From the NCBI GenBank assembly GCA_029933705.1, contig JAOZNQ010000001.1, positions 1 through 54,992 on the forward strand: a stretch of 54,992 nucleotides of DNA, given 5' to 3'. Position 1 is the first letter of the stretch. Every line of letters begins with the position of its first letter. Origin of the DNA: a bacterium. Its GTDB lineage: Bacteria > Hydrothermota > Tepidihabitantia > SM23-42. Shown here in pieces: positions 45,456 through 53,383 of this stretch. The notes beneath the pieces were generated by a model. That model worked only from the letters and a program-made list of their open reading frames with translations, did no database searches and was not told the DNA's origin. The position numbers were made by a program, and so were the translations under genes.

Positions 45456-45845
45456 ATGGATATTATTGAACGTTTGAAAAAGAAGAAGAAGGGCGATTCG
45501 GTCTTTGATACACTCATAAAGAAGAAGGAGAAGAAACCGGAGAAAGATGAGAAGGTGGAACGGCCGAGTGATATTGAGGTTCGGGAACTGCCTGATACCG
45601 CACGGGCATCGATACCAGAACAGTCTGAGGAGATAATGGATATCACCCAGCTGGAGGCAAAGCCGGTAAGGGAGTTTCGCACTGAAGGGATGCACGAGTT
45701 TGACATCGAGAGCCTTGGAACATCATCGGATGCGGCATTGAAGGCCGAATATAAGTCCCGTATCAATAATCTGATTGATCACAACAATATTGATGGCGCG
45801 ATGGCCCTTCTGCAGGAGTTGAAGAAAAAACTGGCGGAAAAATAG
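45456..45845 (+). CDS. Small, highly charged protein (Lys-rich N-terminus, acidic centre)
   Basis: 129 aa. SD AGGAGAAAAGG lies directly upstream of the ATG, 14 nt after the previous stop. MDIIERLKKKKKGDSVFDTLIKKKEKKPEKDEK... Confidence 0.45.
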   Translation: MDIIERLKKKKKGDSVFDTLIKKKEKKPEKDEKVERPSDIEVRELPDTARASIPEQSEEIMDITQLEAKPVREFRTEGMHEFDIESLGTSSDAALKAEYKSRINNLIDHNNIDGAMALLQELKKKLAEK

Positions 45846-45854
45846 ATAATTGTC

Positions 45855-47096
45855 TCAGGTTTGATTCAACTTTGAAAAATTATAGTAACGATTCTTGAAT
45901 AGTATAAATCCCAGACTCGAAACGAGGGCCAGGGAACCGATGATGCCCCAGATTATGAATGTCTTTCCCTGAAAGGTATCGAGGAGTAGACCTCCAATCA
46001 CCGGTGCTGTTGCCCAGCCCATTGATTGTGATAGATTGAAAAATCCCATATACCGTCCCCGATGATTTTCATCGGCGATCATCGATGCATAACTCAGAGT
46101 AGTTGGAGATACAATCATTTCAGCAACGGTGATGATTATAACACATATTATCAGGAAGGGATAGGTATTTGCAATGCCGATGAGTGCGTATCCTAAGGCG
46201 TAAATCAGGGCACCTGTCCACACGGCGGTTAACTGCCTTGGAACCGTTATTGCGCGGGTTATAAGATACTGAAATAGTACGACCATTATGCCGTTTATCG
46301 AAAATAGAAGCCCGAGCTGGGGTTTGGTTATACCGATACGGTTTACACTATAAATGGAGAGGGGATAGATCAACTGCCCCCAGACAACAAATATCAACCA
46401 GCATATGATTGTAAAGCTCAAGAATCGCCGGTCATTGATAACCGAAAGGACCTCTTTCAGATTGGTTCTTTTGATAACCTGACGGCTGGCCTCGCCGATC
46501 GACTCTTTACTGAACCGGAGCAAGATGGTTCCCGCAACCAGCATACAGAGAGCGGTGAAGAAGAATAGAAATGCATAGCCGACTGCAGCGAGGAGTCCGC
46601 CGATTGCGGGTCCTAAGGCCCAGCCGAGATTGCCGCCGATCCGTAAGAGACCGTATGCCGAGGTTCTCTTTTTGATAGTGGTGAGATCCGCGATATAAGA
46701 TTGAGATGCAGGCATAAAAAAGGAACCGAAGGCGGAATTCAGAATCAATAGACCGGAGATGATAAAAATATCACTTTTCTGGACGATGGCGTAGCCCATC
46801 ATTGCGAATATTAAAAATCGCCAGAACAGGGCACTTACCATTACCCTTTTTCTACCCATCTGATCACTCAGCTCACCGCCGATGATTGCGAGGAATGAAC
46901 CGACAATGGTTGCAGCCATAATAATTGCACCCACTGCACCCATCGCAATACCACGCTCATTATGGAGGTAGAGACTGAGATATGGCATCGATACAGAAAA
47001 ACCGACGGCGGTAACGATACGGGCGAAGAATACCGACCAGATATCTTTTGTATAACCCCTGGGCAAGGGGAGTGTTGATAGTTTAATATTCTTCAA
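45855..47096 (-). CDS. MFS transporter
   Basis: 413 aa, about 12 TM. MFS motif A-like GGELSDQMGRKR. Confidence 0.85.
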   Translation of the reverse strand: MKNIKLSTLPLPRGYTKDIWSVFFARIVTAVGFSVSMPYLSLYLHNERGIAMGAVGAIIMAATIVGSFLAIIGGELSDQMGRKRVMVSALFWRFLIFAMMGYAIVQKSDIFIISGLLILNSAFGSFFMPASQSYIADLTTIKKRTSAYGLLRIGGNLGWALGPAIGGLLAAVGYAFLFFFTALCMLVAGTILLRFSKESIGEASRQVIKRTNLKEVLSVINDRRFLSFTIICWLIFVVWGQLIYPLSIYSVNRIGITKPQLGLLFSINGIMVVLFQYLITRAITVPRQLTAVWTGALIYALGYALIGIANTYPFLIICVIIITVAEMIVSPTTLSYASMIADENHRGRYMGFFNLSQSMGWATAPVIGGLLLDTFQGKTFIIWGIIGSLALVSSLGFILFKNRYYNFSKLNQT

Positions 47097-47109
47097 GATT
47101 TTTACCTTA

Positions 47110-47415
47110 TCAGCTTTTTGTTCTCGTGTGTTCGACTAATTTCTCAAGGAACATACATATTCGGGAGATTGTATTATCCTTTATGCGGTAGAGTTTATCT
47201 CTGCCTCTTGTTTCATATCGAACCAGGTCAATATTTCTCAGTAGCCTGAGGGTTGATGAGATTGTGGTGAGATCAATACCCAGGGCACGGGATAGCTCTC
47301 CAGGGGTGTGCTCCTTCTTAAGCAATAATTTTATGATTTGATAGGCAGTGGGATTTCCCAAAACCCGGCACATTCTTGAGGCCCGATAGTCTGTTTCATA
47401 CATTCTTTTCCGCAT
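47110..47415 (-). CDS. ArsR/SmtB-family winged-helix transcriptional regulator
   Basis: 101 aa. CRVLGNPTAYQIIKLLLKKEHTPGELSRALGIDLTTISSTLRLLRNIDLVRYETRGRDKLYRI. Confidence 0.8.
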   Translation of the reverse strand: MRKRMYETDYRASRMCRVLGNPTAYQIIKLLLKKEHTPGELSRALGIDLTTISSTLRLLRNIDLVRYETRGRDKLYRIKDNTISRICMFLEKLVEHTRTKS

Positions 47416-47420
47416 AGATT

Positions 47421-47445
47421 ATTATAGATATCTTCAATTTGTCAA
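47421..47445 (-). promoter_or_regulatory. Putative arsR promoter with leaderless geometry but an atypically short spacer
   Basis: Minus strand reads TTGACA (47445-47440), a spacer of only 13 nt, TATAAT (47426-47421), 5 nt (aatct), then ATG at 47415. Confidence 0.4.
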
Positions 47446-47466
47446 TTGTCCAATTGTCGTATTGAC
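47434..47466. repeat. Three to four direct repeats of (T)CAATTG / AATTGTC at 7-8 bp phasing; candidate operator
   Basis: Plus strand reads tCAATTTG tCAATTG tcCAATTG tcgtATTGAC. CAATTG is itself palindromic. Confidence 0.6.
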
Positions 47467-47520
47467 TTAATTTATTGATTCGAGGACTATTTTTCGTTCT
47501 TCTGTTTCGTTCAGAAACGG

Positions 47521-50166
47521 TTAGCGCACCTTCTTCTTTCTGGATTTCTCCAATAAGGCAGCATGGGCCGCAGCCAGCCGTGCAATGGGAACACGATATG
47601 GAGAGCAGGAGACATAGTCCATTCCGATCTTATGGCAGAAGTGAACCGATTTCGGGTCGCCACCATGTTCTCCGCAGATGCCGATCTCGAGGTTCGGTTT
47701 TGTCTTCCTTCCCAGTCTTATTCCTATCTCCAGAATCTTACCCACACCGTTTATATCTATGGTCTTGAATGGATCCGCTGGTAGAATACCCAGTTCGATA
47801 TATCGGGGTGTAAATTTTGCGACATCGTCACGGGAAAATCCTAAGGTCGTCTGGGTCATATCATTTGTGCCGTAGGAGAAGAAGTCGGCGACCTTTGCAA
47901 CCTCATCAGCGGTGAGTGCGGCACGCGGGATTTCAATCATCGTCCCGACCATATACTTTATTTTGATATGGTATTTTTTCATCGTCTCTTCAGCAATGCG
48001 CACAACAATATCGCGCTGGTGTTTCAGCTCTTTGGCTTCCATTACCACCGGAATCATCACCTCGGGAATTACCTTTATCCCCTTCTTTGCGCATTCGCAG
48101 GCGGCTTCAAATATCGCCCGTGCCTGCATCTCGGTAATCTCAGGATAGATGATACCAAGTCGACAACCGCGATGACCCAGCATCGGGTTTGCCTCATGGA
48201 GTGATACCACAATCTGTTTCAGCTGTTCGAATGAGATATTCATATCCCGGGCAAGGGAATGGATTGATTCATCGTCTTTGGGAAGGAACTCATGGAGGGG
48301 TGGGTCAAGGGTTCTTATTATTACCGGCAGTCCGTTCATCACCTTAAAGATGCCGATGAAGTCTTCCTTCTGCATCGGCAGAAGTTTTTCTAATGCCTTC
48401 CTTCTTCCTATTTCATCGCGGGCGATAATCATTTCGCGCATCGCAGTTACCCTTTCAGGTTTGAAGAACATATGTTCAGTTCTGCACAGGCCGATACCTT
48501 CAGCACCATAGTCCCGGGCGAGCTGGGCGTCTTTGGGACGGTCGGCATTGGTGCGGACCCCAAGGCGCCGGAATTTATCTGCCCATTTCAATAGTGTTGT
48601 AACCTCCTTGCCCATTGACGGTTTTATCAATTTTGCTTCCCCCTGAATCACCTTGCCTTCGGTGCCGTCGATACTGATAACATCGCCCTGTTTTATGGTT
48701 ATGTTGCGGGCAGTAAACTCTTTTTTCTCCATATCGATGGCAATCTCTTCACATCCGACAATGCAGGGTTTACCCATTCCCCGGGCGACCACGGCGGCGT
48801 GCGATGTCATCCCACCCCGTGCGGTGAGAAATCCCTGTGCTGCCTCCATACCATGGACATCATCAGCCGAGGTCTCAAGGCGCACCAGAATTACTGATAC
48901 ACCGTTTTTCGCCTGCTCCACCGCCTCGTCAGGGTCGAATACAACCTTACCCACTGCAGCACCGGGTGATGCAGGAAGGCCGGTGGCGATGGCCTTATAC
49001 TTTTGGGTCGGGTCAATCATCGGATGGAGGACCTGGTCTAATTGTTCCGGGGTGACCCTTAATACCGCCTCTTTTCTGGTGATCAATTTCTGTAATGCCA
49101 TATCAACCGCGATCTTGATACTTGCCAATGCGGTCCGTTTTCCAGCCCTGGTCTGGAGGATCCACAATTTTCCCTGTTCAATGGTAAATTCGACATCCTG
49201 CAGGTCACGATAGTGTTTCTCAAGTTTCTTTAATATCTGCACCAACTTATTATAGGCTGAGGGAAGCACTTGCTTCAATTCCGCAATCTTCTTTGGGGTT
49301 CTTATTCCTGCAACCACATCCTCGCCCTGGGCATTCTGAAGGAATTCACCGTAGATCTTATTTTCACCGGTTGCCGGATTCCGTGTGAAGACGACACCGG
49401 TTCCTGAATCCTTACCCATATTTCCAAAGACCATGGTCTGAATGTTGACTGCAGTTCCCCAGATTTCCGGGATCTTATATATTCTGCGATATTCCTTGGC
49501 ACGTGGATTGTTCCAGGATTTGAACACCGCACCGATTGCACCCCATAACTGTTCTTCTGGATCCTCGGGAAATTTCTTATTGGTCTCTTTAATCACAAGT
49601 TTTTTGAACTGTTCAACGATCTTCTGCCAGTCATTACCGGTCAATTGAATATCATATTTGACACCCTTTGCCTTTTTCCGGGCTTCAATCAATTCCTCGA
49701 ATTTGTTCCGCGGGATGCCGAGTACGATATCTGAATACATCTGGATGAATCGGCGATAGCAGTCATAGACAAACCTCTTATCCCGGGTCTTTTTCAACAT
49801 TGCACGGATAGTTATGTCATTGAGTCCGAGGTTGAGGATTGTATCCATCATTCCCGGCATTGAAATGCGGGCTCCTGATCGGACCGAGAAGAGGAGGGGA
49901 TTCTCTTTATCACCAAATCCTTTGCCGGTAAGTTTTTCCACCCGTCTGATACTCTTTTTGACTTCAGTAACAAGTGATTTTGGGAATCTGCCCTTTTTTA
50001 GATAATCGATACAGAGCTCGGCTGAGATCGTGAATCCCGGAGGGACCGGGATACCGATGTTGGTCATTTCAGCAAGATTTGCCCCCTTGCCGCCAAGGAG
50101 GTTTTTCAATTTTGCTGAGCCCTGGGCCTTTTTGCCACCAAAATTGAATACCATTCTCTTAGCCAT
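47521..50166 (-). CDS. ppdK: Pyruvate, phosphate dikinase
   Basis: 881 aa. Phosphohistidine loop GGMTSHAAVVARGMGKP, C-terminal PEP-utilizer ICGEHGGDP, and N-terminal ATP-grasp GGKGANLAEM. Confidence 0.95.
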   Translation of the reverse strand: MAKRMVFNFGGKKAQGSAKLKNLLGGKGANLAEMTNIGIPVPPGFTISAELCIDYLKKGRFPKSLVTEVKKSIRRVEKLTGKGFGDKENPLLFSVRSGARISMPGMMDTILNLGLNDITIRAMLKKTRDKRFVYDCYRRFIQMYSDIVLGIPRNKFEELIEARKKAKGVKYDIQLTGNDWQKIVEQFKKLVIKETNKKFPEDPEEQLWGAIGAVFKSWNNPRAKEYRRIYKIPEIWGTAVNIQTMVFGNMGKDSGTGVVFTRNPATGENKIYGEFLQNAQGEDVVAGIRTPKKIAELKQVLPSAYNKLVQILKKLEKHYRDLQDVEFTIEQGKLWILQTRAGKRTALASIKIAVDMALQKLITRKEAVLRVTPEQLDQVLHPMIDPTQKYKAIATGLPASPGAAVGKVVFDPDEAVEQAKNGVSVILVRLETSADDVHGMEAAQGFLTARGGMTSHAAVVARGMGKPCIVGCEEIAIDMEKKEFTARNITIKQGDVISIDGTEGKVIQGEAKLIKPSMGKEVTTLLKWADKFRRLGVRTNADRPKDAQLARDYGAEGIGLCRTEHMFFKPERVTAMREMIIARDEIGRRKALEKLLPMQKEDFIGIFKVMNGLPVIIRTLDPPLHEFLPKDDESIHSLARDMNISFEQLKQIVVSLHEANPMLGHRGCRLGIIYPEITEMQARAIFEAACECAKKGIKVIPEVMIPVVMEAKELKHQRDIVVRIAEETMKKYHIKIKYMVGTMIEIPRAALTADEVAKVADFFSYGTNDMTQTTLGFSRDDVAKFTPRYIELGILPADPFKTIDINGVGKILEIGIRLGRKTKPNLEIGICGEHGGDPKSVHFCHKIGMDYVSCSPYRVPIARLAAAHAALLEKSRKKKVR

Positions 50167-51490
50167 CTTTCTCCTTTCTTTTATTCAAGGCCTTCTTTAT
50201 CAAATTTTCGAGTTTTGGCCCGGAGCGCTGTTTTAGTTCATAGGTAACCTTAACTCCGGGTTTGTTTAAAACGAGGAATTTCCTCAAATCCACTGGTGTC
50301 GCAATGATGATTGAATCGGCTGGGGTTCGGTTGATGCTCCTCTGGAGTTCCCGGATCTGTCTTGCACCATAGCCAAGTGCTGGGAGGAGTCGACCGATCT
50401 GGGGATATCGCTCAAAGGCTTTTTTAATAGAACCGACCGCATAAGGTCTTGGATCGATGATCCTGCGTGCCTTAAATTTACGGGCAGCGACGATTCCTGC
50501 TCCAAATGACATCTCGCCGTGGGTAAGGGTTGGTCCATCCTCGACCACAACTACCCTTTTATTTCTTATCAATTCAGGTTGATCCACTGAGGTGGGTGAT
50601 GCTGCCTCAATAATCACGGCTTTTGGGTTGAGTGACCTCACATTTGCCTTTAATTTATTAATATTTTTTTTCGGGGCAGTATCCACTTTATTGATTATTA
50701 TAATATCCGCCATACGAATATTCGCCTCACCGGGATGATAGGTATCTTCATTGCCGGTGCGGAACGGGTCGACCACAACAATGTGGAGGTCTGGTTTGTA
50801 AAACGGCAGGTCATTATTTCCACCATCCCAGACAATGACATCAGAGATTCTTTCCGCCCTTTTGAGGATCAGTCCATAATCGACTCCGGCAAAGACCGTG
50901 GTTCCCTGTTTTATATGCGGTTCATACTCTTCCCGTTCTTCAATGGTGCATTTATGCCGGTCCAGATCCCGCAGTGTGGAAAATTTCTGAACAATCTGCT
51001 TTTTTAAATCACCATAGGGCATCGGATGGCGGATGACAGAAAATCTTATCTTAAGTTTATTCAATATTTCACAGACCCGCCGGGTAGTTTGACTCTTGCC
51101 AGAGCCGGTTCTCACTGCGCAGATTGAGATTACCGGTCGTCTCGACTTCAGCATCGATGATTGAGGTCCCAGGAGCCAGAAATCCGCGCCCGCGGCAATT
51201 GCGATTGATGCCCTATGCATTACATAATTGTGGGAGATATCAGAATATGCAAATACAACGATATCAACCTTAAATTTTTTTATCAACTCACTCAATTTTG
51301 ATTCTGGAAATATCGGGATGCCCCGGGGGTATCTTTTCCCGGCCAATTCCCTGGGATATTTTCGGTCTTCAATATTTGGTATCTGGGTAGCAGTAAAACA
51401 GACGACCTTAAATTCTGGGTTGTTTCTGAAAAAGAGATTAAAGTTATGAAAATCCCTGCCTGCCGCACCCATAATGATAACCCGACGCAT
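50159..51490 (-). CDS. COG2403-type P-loop protein related to cyclic 2,3-diphosphoglycerate synthetase
   Basis: MRRVIIMGAAGRDFHNFN, Walker A AVRTGSGKSQTT, Walker B-like VIVWDGGNND, and NKVD. The start is taken as ATG 51490, behind AAAGGAGG; the track start is TTG 51508. The stop overlaps the ppdK start by 8 nt. Confidence 0.6.
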   Translation of the reverse strand: MRRVIIMGAAGRDFHNFNLFFRNNPEFKVVCFTATQIPNIEDRKYPRELAGKRYPRGIPIFPESKLSELIKKFKVDIVVFAYSDISHNYVMHRASIAIAAGADFWLLGPQSSMLKSRRPVISICAVRTGSGKSQTTRRVCEILNKLKIRFSVIRHPMPYGDLKKQIVQKFSTLRDLDRHKCTIEEREEYEPHIKQGTTVFAGVDYGLILKRAERISDVIVWDGGNNDLPFYKPDLHIVVVDPFRTGNEDTYHPGEANIRMADIIIINKVDTAPKKNINKLKANVRSLNPKAVIIEAASPTSVDQPELIRNKRVVVVEDGPTLTHGEMSFGAGIVAARKFKARRIIDPRPYAVGSIKKAFERYPQIGRLLPALGYGARQIRELQRSINRTPADSIIIATPVDLRKFLVLNKPGVKVTYELKQRSGPKLENLIKKALNKRKEKDG

Positions 51491-51514
51491 AAAAAAACCT
51501 CCTTTCAAGGTGCT

Positions 51515-51543
51515 ATTATAGGCTAAAAATTGATAAAAGTCAA
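51515..51543 (-). promoter_or_regulatory. Sigma70-type promoter for the COG2403-ppdK operon (leadered, with SD)
   Basis: Minus strand reads TTGACT (51543-51538), a 17-nt spacer, then TATAAT (51520-51515). Confidence 0.6.
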
Positions 51544-51614
51544 TGATTATATATGACCTGAGTCCATTATTTATAATGGTTTCCCTGATATTATGTCATT
51601 TATTCAATTTAATC

Positions 51615-51642
51615 TTGTAATCGTTCATAATATTCATATAAT
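51615..51642 (+). promoter_or_regulatory. Sigma70-type promoter for the EamA transporter gene, leaderless geometry
   Basis: TTGTAA (51615-51620), a 16-nt spacer, TATAAT (51637-51642), 5 nt (taccg), then GTG at 51648. Confidence 0.55.
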
Positions 51643-51647
51643 TACCG

Positions 51648-52535
51648 GTGGTTGATTATCAGGGTGAACTTTTTTCTTTAATGAGTGCGGTATTATGGGC
51701 CCTGGCGGTAATCTTTTTCAGAAAGAGTGGTGAACGGGTTCATCCCCTGGCATTAAACTCTTTCAAAAACTTTTTTGCCTTTATCTTATTGATCCCGACC
51801 ATTTATATATTTAATGAATCGTTGTTGATGCGTGTTCCAGTCCGATATTATCTGATCCCGATTTTGAGTGGAGTGATTGGTATCGGTATCGGTGATACAC
51901 TCTTCCTTTCGAGCCTCAATTTTCTTGGTGCGGGATTGACATCAATCGTGGTATGTATGTACAGCCCTTTTGTCATAGCCCTTTCTATATTATTTCTCGA
52001 CGAACATCTTCTCCCCACACAGATTGTCGGTGCGGTGCTTATCATTCTGGCAATCCTCATCGCCTCTTTGAAGAAAAAAGGAGAGGGCACAAGACCAAAG
52101 CGTTTATGGCTGGGCATATTCCTTGGCGTCCTCGCATCGGTCGCAATGGCCAGCGGGATTGTGATTGTAAAACCCCTCCTTTTGTCATTACCGCTTTTGT
52201 GGGTTACCGAGATCAGGTTATTGGGTGGTATCATTGTCCTTGCTGTAATCCTCGGTTTGATACCTGATCGGGTTAGGGTTGTTAATTCTCTCATCAAAAC
52301 GAAGAGCTGGACCTATTCTATCACCGGCGCCCTGATCGGTGCATATCTGGCAATGGTTGTCTGGCTTGCCGGGATGAAATATACCCAGGCATCTATCGCC
52401 TCGGTGCTGAATCAGACGAGCACAATCTTTGTATTTATATTCGCAGGAATTATCCTGAAGGAACCGATCAGTTTGAGGCGGATTCTGGGTATAGTACTCG
52501 CCTTTATCGGTTCACTCCTGGTGATTCTGAAATAA
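51648..52535 (+). CDS. EamA/DMT-family transporter
   Basis: 295 aa, about 10 TM in two EamA-like halves. Confidence 0.8.
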   Translation: MVDYQGELFSLMSAVLWALAVIFFRKSGERVHPLALNSFKNFFAFILLIPTIYIFNESLLMRVPVRYYLIPILSGVIGIGIGDTLFLSSLNFLGAGLTSIVVCMYSPFVIALSILFLDEHLLPTQIVGAVLIILAILIASLKKKGEGTRPKRLWLGIFLGVLASVAMASGIVIVKPLLLSLPLLWVTEIRLLGGIIVLAVILGLIPDRVRVVNSLIKTKSWTYSITGALIGAYLAMVVWLAGMKYTQASIASVLNQTSTIFVFIFAGIILKEPISLRRILGIVLAFIGSLLVILK

Positions 52536-52537
52536 CT

Positions 52538-53377
52538 TTATTCAAAGAGGGCTTCAATGAATGAGCTGGGGTCGAATGGAATGAGGTCCTCAATTCCCTC
52601 ACCCACTCCAAGATAGAGTACTGGTAGATTCAGTTCCTGACAGATCGGGATGATGGCACCGCCTTTTGCAGTCCCATCAAATTTTGTTAGAACCAGCCCA
52701 TTGATTGCAATCTCCTGGGTGAAGACCCGTGCCTGCTGGATTGAATTCTGACCTAAGGTGGCGTCGATGGTGAGGAGGTTGTGGTCAGGTTCTTTATTCA
52801 ACAACTTTTTTACTACCCGCACAATCTTTTTCAATTCAGCCATCAGGTCGGTCCGGGTATGGAGTCGGCCTGCAGTATCAATGATTACCGTATCAAACCC
52901 TTTTTTCTGTGCCTTGGAGACCGCATCAAATACCACCGCACCGGCATCCTGCCCTTTCTGTGAGCCTACGATTTCAACCCCGGCCTTCTCTGCCCAGAAT
53001 GATAACTGCTCATTTGCAGCATCACGATAGGTATCCGCACTGGCAAGAATAACGCGCGAATTCTTGAAATAGATATGGGCAAGTTTTGCTACGGTTGTTG
53101 TCTTCCCTGAGCCGTTCACTCCACTTACCATTATTACCTTTGGTGTGGTATTATCGGGTTGCGGTGGAGGGATATTTATATATTTGAATATTTCCTCTTT
53201 TAAAATAGCAACAGGATCGTCCGGGCTTTTCTTTATCTGGTTTATGATTTCCTGTGTATACCTTATACCAACATCTGCAGCCAGCAAGATATCTTCAATC
53301 TGTTCGATGGATGCGCCCCGGGTTGGAGAGAAGAGCCTTTTCACCCGCGCCAGGGCTTTGGTCAAACGGTTGAACAT
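52538..53377 (-). CDS. ftsY: Signal recognition particle receptor FtsY (short, NG-domain-only form)
   Basis: VSGVNGSGKTTTVAKLA, DTAGRLH, TKFDGTAKGG. ATG 53377; the track start TTG 53380 is one codon upstream. Confidence 0.9.
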   Translation of the reverse strand: MFNRLTKALARVKRLFSPTRGASIEQIEDILLAADVGIRYTQEIINQIKKSPDDPVAILKEEIFKYINIPPPQPDNTTPKVIMVSGVNGSGKTTTVAKLAHIYFKNSRVILASADTYRDAANEQLSFWAEKAGVEIVGSQKGQDAGAVVFDAVSKAQKKGFDTVIIDTAGRLHTRTDLMAELKKIVRVVKKLLNKEPDHNLLTIDATLGQNSIQQARVFTQEIAINGLVLTKFDGTAKGGAIIPICQELNLPVLYLGVGEGIEDLIPFDPSSFIEALFE

Positions 53378-53383
53378 CAAATA

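Noticed and set aside
47497-47515. Intrinsic terminator after ppdK
   Set aside because: The stem is only 5 bp (GUUUC/GAAAC) with a mismatch beyond it and no following U-tract, which is too weak to call.
48653-49213. 186-aa plus-strand ORF, plus other plus-strand ORFs between 47475 and 50236
   Set aside because: Antisense to ppdK. The composition is Ser/Pro/Arg-rich, as expected from reading a real gene backwards.
51848-52297. 149-aa minus-strand ORF
   Set aside because: Antisense to the EamA transporter gene, with a basic low-complexity translation.
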